From contig OX597817.1 of the NCBI GenBank assembly GCA_951406725.2, forward strand, positions 60,078,001 through 60,142,000: 64,000 nucleotides of DNA, given 5' to 3'. Below are positions 26,843 through 38,526 of the stretch, one piece after another. Position numbers and translations under genes: made by a program. A model generated the notes under the pieces. That model saw only the letters and a program-made list of their open reading frames with translations. It made no database searches and had not been told where the DNA came from. This stretch comes from Octopus vulgaris. Taxonomy: Eukaryota. How positions within the stretch are numbered: the first letter of the stretch is position 1; the number at the start of each line of letters is the position of its first letter.

Positions 26843-27259
26843 CACAGGTCAGCTGTTGGTATAGCTATCTATGTTTCACCCACTTCACTAGTGATGGAGA
26901 CATAGGTACTTGGTTGACTAGCCAGTCTGTTAAATGTAGTGGTTCATTGTATGAGCAGATGGCTTAAGGGAACAGTTTCGCTATGAAATATAATACTGCC
27001 TTTACAACTTGACAACACTGTGGCATCTACCTACAACACATGAACAGAACAACAGAAGTTCAATTCTAAGCAGCATTAGTAATAATAATGTTCATTCTGT
27101 ATTGAGATGCATAAGTCATTAAGCTTCCACTGGTATGGTCAATCTGCTACAGGTCTCTCCACTCCTGTTCAACTGGCTCTCATGTATTTGCTTGGAATGT
27201 CCAGCACCAAGCATCTTGAAGCTTGTGTTCTTTTTTTCCTTTTTCATTCTTCTGCTCCC

Positions 27260-28063
27260 AAACTGTTGATGGAATCCGGGGTAGGGGTAGACCCAGGAAG
27301 ATATGGGATGAGGTGGTCAAGCATGACCTTCGAACGTTGGGTCTCACAGAGGCAATGATGAAAGACCAAGACCTCTGGAGATATGCTGTGACTTTGAAGA
27401 CCTGACAAATGAAGTGAGTTCATAGCTTGCAGGACAGCCTGCTGTGCTTGAGGAGACCTATAGTGTGAAGTTCATCAACATGAAAATAAAAATCGTATGC
27501 ATATTGTAGTTGTGATACCCGTGCCGGTGGCACGTAGGGCCTCACAGAGGAAATGACGAAGACCGAGACCTCTGAGATATGCTGTGACAGTGAAGACCCA
27601 ACAAATGAAGTGAGTTCATGGCTCGCAGGACGGCCTGCTGTGCTAACCTTGGATCATAGAGTGACCCACTGTTCTTGAGGAGACCTATTGAGTCAAGTAC
27701 GTCAACACCAGCATCAAAATAAAAATCAAATGGAAATTGTAGTTAAGATACCCGTGCTGGTGACATGTAAAAAGCACTGTCCAAACATGGCAGATGACAG
27801 CGCCGCCTGACTGGCGTTCATGTCAGTGACATGTAAAAACACCAACCGATCGTGGCCGTTTGCCAGCCTCCTCTGGGCCCTGTGCCGGTGGCACGTAAAA
27901 AGCACCCACTACACTCACGGAGTGATTGGCGTTAGGAAGGGCATCCAGCTGTAGAAACACTGCCAAATCAGACTGGAGCCTGGTGCAGCCTCCTGGCTTC
28001 CCAGACCCCGGTTGAACCATCCAACCCATGCTAGCATGGAAAATGGACGTATGATGATGATGA
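27260..28063 (+). mobile_element. RTE LINE 3' end with an internal tandem duplication of about 200 bp and family C tail
   Basis: GRGRPRKIWDEVVKHDL; ctcacagagg...gatacccgtgc occurs twice. Confidence 0.8.
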
Positions 28064-28503
28064 TGTCTGCATAATTGCTGTTTTTGTATATAGCATATCA
28101 AGTGAGTGACAGCTGTAAATATGACCTGCCAGGTACATCTGACACCAACACAGGGTTTTTGCAGTGGGTGTGGGACAACCACAAAGACACACACACAAAC
28201 CATGCATGATAACAAAAGAAGTAGACCTCAATATTGTTGGGAATGGAGAAGTACATCTGTTAAATGATACAGGTATGGTGACTTACATTCAGGACTTTAA
28301 GTTTCTGTGGCTGTCTTCAGCTGATACAAGCCCAGACCACATAGCACCATTGATTACAACATATTTATTTATATTTAATTTCAATATATCTAATATTTAC
28401 ATTTTATATATATAGTTGAAAGTTACAGAAAAACAAAAGACGTAGACAGGTGTATAAACAAAAAGCAGGTGCATTAGTTTGACACTTGGGAAGGTGAGAA
28501 AGT

Positions 28504-28539
28504 CTTTTAAGTTTCGAGCCTACACTCTTCAACAGAAAG
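28504..28539 (-). ncRNA. minimal hammerhead-like motif, CUGUNGA variant
   Basis: cttt-CTGTTGA-a-gagt-gtag-gctc-GAAAC-TTA-aaag; sister copy at 49372. Confidence 0.45.
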
Positions 28540-28727
28540 GAACATGAGGAAATAAACAGAGAGAGAATTTTTAAAATTTGTGGATTTAACGGTCAATCAT
28601 GGCAACTGGAAGCTTGCTTGCTTGCATGCATGCATTCATACATACATACATACATACATACATACGAATTTTTTGTGTAATGAGATAAAAAAACCAAGGC
28701 TGTGTAGATAGAACATTTATAGATAGG

Positions 28728-28777
28728 TCTTACAGCTGTTTCCAGGATATTTATTAATTATACTCCTTCATCGGAGA
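28728..28777 (-). ncRNA. minimal hammerhead motif, U4C variant, GUA site
   Basis: tct-CCGATGA-aggagtat..atatcct-g-GAAAC-agct-GTA-aga; palindromic stem III ACAGCUGU. Confidence 0.6.
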
Positions 28778-29715
28778 TGGTGTGAGAGAATGGTTAAGTA
28801 ATAGTTAATTTAGATAAGATACGAAATAGAGAGTGAGGTGGAAGAAAGAAAATAGAAAGAAAAAATATATATATATATATATATATATAAAGCTTCGATA
28901 TAGTCTCTGCCTGCCCAATTTGCTCACAATGCATTGGTGAGTTTGGGACTATATTAGAAGTTGTTATTTTTTTCTTGAATATTTTTGTTCAAAAGTATAA
29001 TAATTTCTTTATAAATGGATAGTGTCCAATAATTAAATGTAAGGAAAAGAAATAAAGGAAAGGAAATGTGAAGATTTGGTAACTAAATCAGTAAAAGAAA
29101 ATAGAAAATGGAAGAGTATTCCATGTGTTTATTTGACAAACAGAATATGCTAAGGACTCCACCCAAACCAACATCAGTTATGATTAAATAAACCCTAACC
29201 CTAACCCTCTTTATAAGATTTTAGACAGATTTGGCTGTGTGGTAAGGAGTTTGCTTCTCAGCCATATAATTTGGGGTCCAGTCTCACTGTATGGTATCCT
29301 GAGTAAATTACGATTACTAAACTATAGTTCCAGACTAACCAATGCCTTGTGAGTGCATTTGGCAGAGAGAAATGGCAAGAAGCACAGGAGGTGTGTGTGT
29401 ATGTGTGTGTGTGTCTAGTCACCCACCAATTGACAACTGGGGTTGAGTTGTTCGACTAAACCCTTTAAGGCAGTGCCCCAACATGGCCACAGTTGAATGA
29501 CAGAAACAAGTGAAAGATAATAATGTCTAGTGATTATAAAATCATCTCTGAAGCTTTCATCTTTGTAAAGTGATTGTAAAGAATAGAGGAATGGAGAGAA
29601 CAGAGCAGGTTTTATCTTCCATTTATCTTTACTTGTTCATTTTTTCCTGTTTTATGTCTGTTTTTCGATGCTGGTGTGAGTTAGATAAATATATATTACT
29701 GAGACATTGTTTTAC

Positions 29716-29960
29716 AGTCAGATGCCTTTCCTGTTTGTCCTGTAAGGGGCGGGGCCTTAGTCAAAACGTCTCTCTGTAAAGGCAAAACCAACAGGTGACA
29801 ACAAACTTCATCCCTTTTAACTCAAAGGTCATTTCCACACAGTCAGATGCCTTAACTGTTTGTCCTGTAAGGGGCCTTAGTCAAAACGTCTCTCTGTAAA
29901 GGCAAAACCAACAGGTGACGACAAACTTCATCCCTTTTAACTCAAAGGTCATTTCCACAC
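29716..29960. repeat. tandem duplication of a 120-125-bp unit
   Basis: 29716-29840 and 29841-29960 are nearly identical. Confidence 0.95.
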
Positions 29961-30791
29961 AAAAAATATTCAGAAAGTAAACATTCACACACATACTTAT
30001 GGTCGCTATTGCACAGGGTTACATCGTCATCATTTAACGCCTGCCTTCCATGCTGGCATGGGTTGGACAGAGTAGAAGATAATTGCCAAAGACACCACAG
30101 AGTGGGACTGAACTCTTAACCATTTGGTTAAAAAGTGAAAACTTCTTAACCCAGAAGTCTTGTATTCACCTCTTCATCAAGGCATTTATTCTTGTCATCC
30201 CTCCATCATCCTTCCCTGTCATACCCCATTCAGTTGAGAGGGTCTTGCAAGGACTCAGTGATCTCACTAGCGATGGAGCCATGAAGATGGCACTTTTGTG
30301 AAATGGTTGTTGTTAAGAAGGGCATCTGATTGTTGAAACCATGCCAAAAGAGGTATTGGAGCCTGGCACAGCCCTACGGCTTGTCAGTTCCTGCTAAATT
30401 GTCTAACCATGCCAGCATGGAAAATGGGACATTAAGTGATGATGATGATGAGCCAACCTTATTTCTTCCAAGCAAGCGTGATGGTTAGAATCAATAGCAT
30501 TTGTAATCAAAATGTTTTATAAATGACTGATTAACGAGGCTGATTTTGAAGAGAGAGGGATGTTGTGATATTCATACATTTCTCAACATTAATAGCAGTA
30601 TAATGTGATGTGAAACAGAAAAGGGAATCAAAAATGGATGACCCACAAACTACAACTGCTTGTACTAAGACTTAAAAAATGATTGCCAGATATAATAAAA
30701 ATGTTATCAAATTTATTTTTTGTTTCTTATTTCAACGCTGTGTGTGCATGTGTGTGTGTGTGTGTGCATGTTCTACTTTTCAATATCTCAG

Positions 30792-30858
30792 GGACAATGG
30801 TAGTGACTTTGAAGATGTCCCAGATAAGAAAAAAAAAGGTGAGAGTCAACTCGGTAAA
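30792..30858 (+). CDS. candidate short coding exon (DNGSDFEDVPDKKKKGESQLGK)
   Basis: acceptor ttctacttttcaatatctcag, donor AAA|gtgagt, open frame, protein-like composition, not obviously repetitive. Confidence 0.4.
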
Positions 30859-32729
30859 GTGAGTGCAGTTATTACCTTTGAAGATAAAGTTGCATTATTG
30901 TGGTTTTAATAAATTGAATGAAAACCTGCACCATGTGGAAGCAGGAGATGGGAGCAATTCAACGAGCAACAAAGACTCACAGAAGAAGAAAGCCCAGAGA
31001 TTCAGTTTTCCTTTTGTAAACTCTTTCCTCTTTTCTTTTACTTGTTTCAGTCATTAGACTGCAGCCATGCAAGGATAGAGCCTCAAAGGGCTTTAGTTGA
31101 ACAGATTGACCACAATATTGATTTTTTTCAAAGTCTGGTACTTATTCTAATGGTCTCTTTTGGCCAAACCATCAAGTTACAGGGATATAAACAAACCAAT
31201 ACCTGTTGTGAAGCAAGGAAGAGGTGAGGGCAAACACAGACACACACACACACACACACGTATGTGTATCTCTGTGTGTTTGGCTTCCACGTGGTCTCTG
31301 CCTACCAAATTCACTCACAAGACATTGGCTAGCCCAGGGCTATAGTACAAGGTACTTACCCAAGGTGCCACACAATGGGACTGAACCTGAAACTACGTGG
31401 TTGCAAGGCAAACTTCTTGAATACAATCTTTTTTTTTTTACTTGTCCAATTCATTGGACGTCAGTCATGCTGGGGCACCACCTTGAAGGGTTTTATTTAA
31501 TCAAATGCACCGGAGTATTTATTTTAAAGTTTGGTACTACTATATCAGTTTCTTTTTTGCTAATAGGGACAAAAACAACCCAACACCTTTAGTGTTTTGA
31601 TTGTCAAGCAGTGAGAGACAAACATAAAGCAAGGCACACACACACACACACACACATGCCAGTCAGGCGGCGCTGGCATATGTATGAATATCATAAGCAA
31701 AGTTGATGTGCAGGTCCCATGTCCCATGCTGATGCCACATAAAAAGCACTTAGTACACTCTGTAATGTGGTTGGTGCCAGAAAGGGCATCCAGCCAGAGG
31801 GACCTTGCCAAAACAGACAATTGGAGCCTGGTGCAGCTCTCCAGTCTTGCCAGCTCCTGTCAAACTATCCAACCCATGCCAGCATGGAAAAATGTATGTT
31901 AAATGATGATGATGGAGCAGAAATGGAAGATCAGGTACCACGTGGATGGGCAGAACTGGAGAAGGCTAATTGTGAAAAACCTATTCAACTCATGCAAACA
32001 TGTAAAAATGGACATAAAAATGATGATGATGATTTCTGTAAACGTGTCAAATTTACCTGTCTTTTACAGGGAACAGATACCAAGCAAAAATTCCTGACAA
32101 GTTATCAAATGAACTTTTTCCATTATTCCTTTATGTAATCTGTAGATGGAAATTGCTTAATTGAAGCTGTATGTTTTTGAGCAATATTTGGTTCAACAAT
32201 GAAAATTAATGGACAGGGTCAGGGCTAGAAAGTGGTCAAATGTTTTATCACAATAGTTTCTATGAGATCATAGGTGTATCCATAAGGTGGTCGTTTGGTG
32301 GAGTCAGTAGAGCATCCAATACAATGCTTTACAGTATCCAGTCCAACTCATTGTGATCTTGTTTGAAGTCCTACTGAGGTTGACTTTGCTTTTCATTCTC
32401 TTAAGATCAAGAAATAAAGAACCAGTCAAGTACTGGAAGCAGTTCTCTCTCTCACAAGAAGGAATTGACAGTGTTCAGACATGGAGAAGAAAGGACTTAG
32501 ATAAATTTCAAAGGTCCAAGACATGCTGTATATTACCATAGCATCTCAAAGACTTCACTGGGAGCTGAGAGCCCTGCAACCAGCAAACACACCCCTAAAA
32601 GAGTTAATGAAACTATCTAACCACAGCAATAAATGTCTACCATATTTCATGAAATATAAGATGTACATTACGGAGATATACTTGCATAGCAAGTGACCTG
32701 ATCTGAGATCGTGTGCTGGAATGAAAATA

Positions 32730-32889
32730 ATTGCAGCGTGGAAGGTGTTTATAAGCCATTTTGTCAGTGAACAGGTCGCGGTCTGAAAGTGACGAAAATA
32801 TTTTGACAAATTAAATTTAAATGTTGAAGTGAATCTAACGGTTTTTGTGTGTTTCTTAAATGGCTTATAAACACCTTCCATGCTACAAT
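32730..32889. mobile_element. short foldback element with 32-bp inverted termini enclosing a hammerhead motif
   Basis: 32730-32761 and 32858-32889 are inverted with two mismatches. Confidence 0.8.
32760..32810 (+). ncRNA. minimal hammerhead motif with G3-C8 compensatory core
   Basis: tttgtca-GTGAACA-g-gtcgc-(9 nt)-gtgac-GAAA-atattt-tgacaaa; 7-bp stem I, palindromic stem III AAUAUU. Confidence 0.6.
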
Positions 32890-35344
32890 AAGACGTACAT
32901 TTTTTCCTAAAACAATGCCTCAAATGATCATCCAAGGTCCTAAATGTGAAGTTGCTTTAAACATTCTAATTTTTGCACAAGACCAGCAATTTTGAGGGAA
33001 GGGAAGGGACAATGATCCTAGCATTTGACTGGTACCTTATCAACCCTCAAAAGATGAAAAGCAAAGTTGACTTCAGCTGAATTTGAACTCAAAATCTAAT
33101 GTGTCAGAAGAGATATTGCTAAGCATTTTGTCCAACATGCCGATGATAAAGTTGCTTTAAACATTACATGTTTCAACCCTTCAGCATTCAAACCAGCCAT
33201 ATCTGGCCTTTCACACTAACCCTACACTGCCATTCTACAAGTAAACAAGTTACATTATAGAAATCTCAAAGCCATGAGACAATGCATAATTAATTCAACA
33301 CAATGCGAATAAATAGAATAATCCAAATGTTAAAGTCTTAATACACTAAAAGCTTTTTTTTTTCTTTCTTTCTTTTCTGAATATGCTCTGCTGAAAATTA
33401 AGGTGCATTTAAGATGCCTGAACGTCTTTTATGCCATGAAATGCGGTGCTTGTTAAAGATTCTAAAATTAAACTTGTTTATTATTTTGAATGATTCTTTC
33501 CGTCTTTGTTATGTAACTTCACTCTTCACACAAACTTTACAAGGCTAAAAATATATAATTATGGTGATAAACACTTGAGTTGGCAATACAACAACAACAA
33601 AACCACTTGATAATTAAGGTTACAAACACTGAAATAACAACAACAACAATAATAATAATAATAATAACAATAATAAAACAGCTGCAATTTATTCGTTTTT
33701 TTTTTTTTTTAGTTACTTTTTCTTATTATTTCAACTCATTAGAAAAAGGAGACAGTGAAATTGTAAGAATCTCAATTATATGAAGGGTTTCATCTGACAA
33801 AGTTGTTATGGTGCCAGTCTAACAATAAACAATAGAAGAAAAACCTAATGGTTGAGTCCAGCAGAAACAGGTGCTCGGCTGTTGTTTGTGGCTAATATAT
33901 TTAGCACACAATGGCCTGATCCATTAATTGTAAGCAGGTAGTATAAGGAGGTGAAGTTTACATGTTTGGTGACATATCAAGGAAATGACACTGCCACAAG
34001 GACAGATTAACAGAGAAGAAGTATAATGTACTGAATCAGCCTTCAATATATTACAGGTATCTAGTTTATGGAACTTAGAAAGATAACTGATTAATTTGAC
34101 TACAGAAGGATTTGAAACTAGAACAGGACAAAACAATGTATTTGAGACATTTAGTTTGGAGTTCATTATGATGTGTAGATACACCACATGCTGCATGTAG
34201 TAAGAAACAACTAAAAGATTGGGGACAAGAAGAGCATCACTGCCCCAGATGTCCTGCCCATCCAACCATGCCAGTATGGAAAAGTGAATGTAAACTGACA
34301 AAGATGGATTTAATCAAAGTCATTAATATTTTTGCACCTCTTTTATCTCACAAAGCACTCAATACACTCTGTAAAGTGATTGGCATTAGAAAAGACAGTG
34401 AGCCATAGGAAGCGGCCAAAGCAGATGTTTGAGTTTGGTGCAGTCCTTTGGCGTTCCAGCTCAAACTGTCCAAGCCATGCCAGGATGGAAAATGGATGTT
34501 GAAAGATGATGATGGAGATGATACTTTGTCAGCCTGCATTAATTCTAATCCTGCCATGGTTCAAGATGAAGAAATGAGAAACCACTCAAGTGTATCTCTC
34601 TTGCACTGTAGCTGCAGGGGACAAATCTGCCAATGTTGCCCAAACAATGCAAAGGATTATGATAGAATCATAATGGTTAAGTCCATCACAAGGTCCAGTT
34701 CTTGTTGTGGCTCAATGACCCTGAGAGCTATGCCAGTGAAGCACAGATTCTTTGTAGGGCTTCCCATGCCAGACAGCTCAAAGGATAGAAGCCAGACTAA
34801 TAAGGACCACTTTCTTCCCAGAAGTTAAAAGGGGATTGCATATAGCCAGCCTCTCCCCCATCTAGAAAAAAAGTTTTGGAAGCATCAATGACAATTCAAA
34901 AGCAACAAGGTCTGAGAAAGAAAAGCCTTCCACTCGGAGAAACACATCAAGCCCTTAATGGAACTCACACAGGAAGAAAGGATACCTACAAAAAAATCAT
35001 TCAGTTAGTTTTGTCAAAGTCCTTTTGTTGTCATTCATGACCACATCAATAAAACAGAACCAGTGTCTGTGTTCATTATTGGCAGAATGACCCTCCTGAA
35101 ATACAGCAAAATTTGTTTCAACACAGGAGTTCATATGATGCAAACCAAACACAAAATTGAAATATTAACCTTTTGCCTGTCCTGTGATACACAGGACATA
35201 TTTCCCTGATGCCTATGCATTTTATATGATACACATTCCCAATATTTTTTTCAACCACCAGAGTAACTTGGGACATATATGAAGGGAAAGATTTATCTTA
35301 TAATGCATGAAACCAGACTAAATAGAAGTCTGAAAATAAGCATG

Positions 35345-35688
35345 GACATTGTAGTTAAGACACCTGTGCTGGTGACACGTAAAAAGCACCGTCCGAACGT
35401 GGCAGATGCCAGCGCCGCCTGACTGGCGTCCGTGTCAGTGACACGTAAAAGTCCCAACCGATCGTGGCCGTTTGCCAGCCTCCTCTGGCCCTTGTGCCGG
35501 TGGCATGTAAAAAACACCCACTACACTGACGGAGTGGTTGGCGTTAGGAAGGGCATCCAGCTGTAGAAACACTGCCAAACCAGACTGGAGCCTGGTGCAG
35601 CCTTCTGGCTTCCCAGACATTGGTTGAACTGTCCAACCCATGCTAGCATGGAAAACGGACGTTAAATGATGATGATGATGATGATGAT
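35345..35688 (+). mobile_element. young family C SINE copy
   Basis: high identity to the 27730-28063 copy; (GAT)n tail. Confidence 0.85.
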
Positions 35689-37374
35689 TTACGGCAAACT
35701 TATGACAATGCTTTGGAGAGGCAAAGGGATAAATATAAATGTGATTAAGATCTATATATATATAAATACACGAGGAAGCTCATTTTTATGAAAATAAACA
35801 AAATGTATTTTTAACCAATCATCTTGAGAATTGGCGAAAACTTAAAATAATCTTTCTCTCTCTCTCTCTTATGAGCATTAAGTAGATGCTAAATTATTTG
35901 TGCATGTGAAATAACAATTAATTACACATATAGAATGAACGGTAATGAAATTGCAATAATTTATTTTACTACTGTGACATTCTTCAGTCTTGAAAAGCTA
36001 TAAAAGTACAGAATAGTACACAGATTTATAGTGTGTGTGTGTACACACACACACACACTTTATATGGTGTATATAGTGTATATATATATATAAAGGCTAT
36101 AAACACTCAAATTCAATATATAAATCAGTGATTTTCAAATGCGCAAATCTTGCTAATCTCTACAAAAAATATATTAACGAAGTTTTTTGTCCGCTCATCC
36201 ACTTTATTAATCATCTTCATCATTTCATGTCCACTTTGCCACGTTTGCATGGGACGGAATTTGTTGAGGCAGATTTTCACCTGTCAGATTCCATCTCTGT
36301 CCACAATCCTCACCCATTTCCTACCTCTGACTAAATCTTTCAAGGCAGTGCCCCAGCATAGCCAACCAAATTGACCACAACACTTATTTTTTGTAAGTCT
36401 GGTACTTATTCTATCAGTCTCTTTGGCTGAACTGCTAAGTTACAGAGACATAAGCAAACCAACTTGTTAAATGGTGGTGGAGAGTGTGGGACAAACACAC
36501 ATACACACAGAGGCTTCCACACAGTTTCCATCGATCAAACCCACTCACAAAACTTTGGTCAGTTTCAGGCTATAGTAGAAGATACATGCACAAGATGCCA
36601 CACAGTGGGACTGAACCTTGAACTCTGTGGTTGCAAAGGGGGCTGTTGCCCTACTTTTGTAAAATATATATATAACTATAGACCAATTATTTACACAAAA
36701 GATTTAACTACAAGGACTAAGTTTCGAAGGATATTATACAAGTACTGGGCAACTTCCAGCACGAAATATATAAAACTATTGACCTACTTTCAACAAAATG
36801 ACAAGTGACCTACTTTTGAAGAAATATGACATGACCTACTTTTGGCAAACTATAAGACCCCTAACCTACTTTACATAAAATCATGACCACCAACATATTC
36901 TAACAATATATATAATAGCTAAGTCGGCGAGCTGGCAGAATCGTTAGCACACCAAGCAAAATGCTTAGCAGTATTTTGTCTGTCATTACGTTCTGAGTTC
37001 AAATTCCTTTGAGGTCGACTTTGCCTTTCATCCTTTCAGGGTCGAAAAAAATATGTACCAGTTGTGTACTGGTTCGATCAAATCAACTGGCTCCCCTCCC
37101 CCAAAATTTCCGGATTTGTGCCTAGAGTAGAAAAGTTATATATAGTAGCAGACAAGTACTGGGGGTGGGGTGGGGGGTCTAATTGACTAAACCCCTTCTC
37201 CCAAAACTGCTGGCATTCAAAACAATAATTACCATTTTATTTGACAACAACTGACCTCATTTAGACAACCACAGATTCATTCTGGATACAAAATATAGAA
37301 CCACTTATCTAGCTTCTATCTTTGGCCATGCTGGGGCACTGCCTCGAGGTTTACTTAAATCAATCCCATTTCTT

Positions 37375-38084
37375 CAGTTCTATATTTAAGAAATAAGGAA
37401 TTATGTACATTATTTACATTTGACGGATATTTGTCCTCATCTTATTTGTTATTAACACGTTTCAGCTGATATACCCTCCAGCCTTCATCAGGTGTCTTGG
37501 GGGAAATTTGAAACTTGGGTTCTCATTCCTAAGGTATTTTTCAATGTTGCTGTCATTATTATTATTATTATTATTGTTATTATTACTATTATTTAAGTCA
37601 CTACCTGGAATTGAACTCAGAATCTTGGGGTTAGTAGCTCATGCTCTTAACCACTATGCCATATGCCCATAGGATGAAGTTAAAATAATAGACAGAGAAC
37701 ACCACTGGGAAACACGAAAACTAAAACAAACAGCACATACGTTAGGACACAACAACCTCCTAAGCAGACCGATTGCAGATATGAGTAGCATATAGGAATC
37801 AGTATTAAGGAAGAATAAGAAAATATTAGATTTATAAGCCTTAAAATTCATTCTATAATTGCCCATGGGCTCATGGCATAGTGGTTAAGAACACGGGCTA
37901 CTAATCCCAAGATTCTGAGTTCGATTCCAGGCAGTGACCTGAATTATAATAATAATAACAACATTGAAAAATATCTTAGGAATGAGAACCCAGGTTCAAA
38001 ATTTCCCCACTTGATAAAGGTTGGAGGGTATATCTCTTGTTAACAAACAAGATGAGGACAAATGTCCGTCAAATGTAAATAATG
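37375..38084. mobile_element. divergent inverted pair of a tRNA-headed, hammerhead-tailed short retroelement
   Basis: about 37405-37670 is inverted relative to 37862-38084; A-box 37874-37884, B-box 37919-37928; CTGATGA...GAAAC on the minus strand at 37454-37496. Confidence 0.75.
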
Positions 38085-38306
38085 AACCCCATTACTTATT
38101 TTTTTAAAGTCTGGCACTTATTGAACTGTCTTCTTCCAACTGAAAAGAGCATGGCTGTTATCCTTCTTTCTGTGACTAAGCCAACAGTTCTTGACAGACG
38201 AAATCTACAGACTCCCTAAGAGAGTATTAGAAGGCCTGTGAGTTGAGTTCGAAATTTGTTGAGTAGGCAGATCTTTTACAAAGGGTTTGTGGAAAAATTC
38301 ATTTAA

Positions 38307-38526
38307 CCCTTTCATTACCGTATTTATTTTGAGATGGTCTGTGTCTCTTTCAATTACTTTAAATATAACAAAGAATTTAGTAAAAAAACTTAGTTATCAT
38401 TAAGCTAGTGTTAGGAACATAATTTGTGACTAAGGTCTGATGGAACATTTTAATTCAGAACTTTTGAAAACAAGACATTTGTACACAGAGCCAAAGGTGG
38501 TTTCAGCCGGGTTGGTATCGAAAGGG
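38307..38526. mobile_element. piggyBac-type MITE
   Basis: TTAA|ccctttc ... gaaaggg|TTAA; related remnant at about 56780-57066. Confidence 0.85.

Noticed and set aside
29191-29208. (TTAGGG)3 interstitial telomeric repeat
   Set aside because: Too short to interpret
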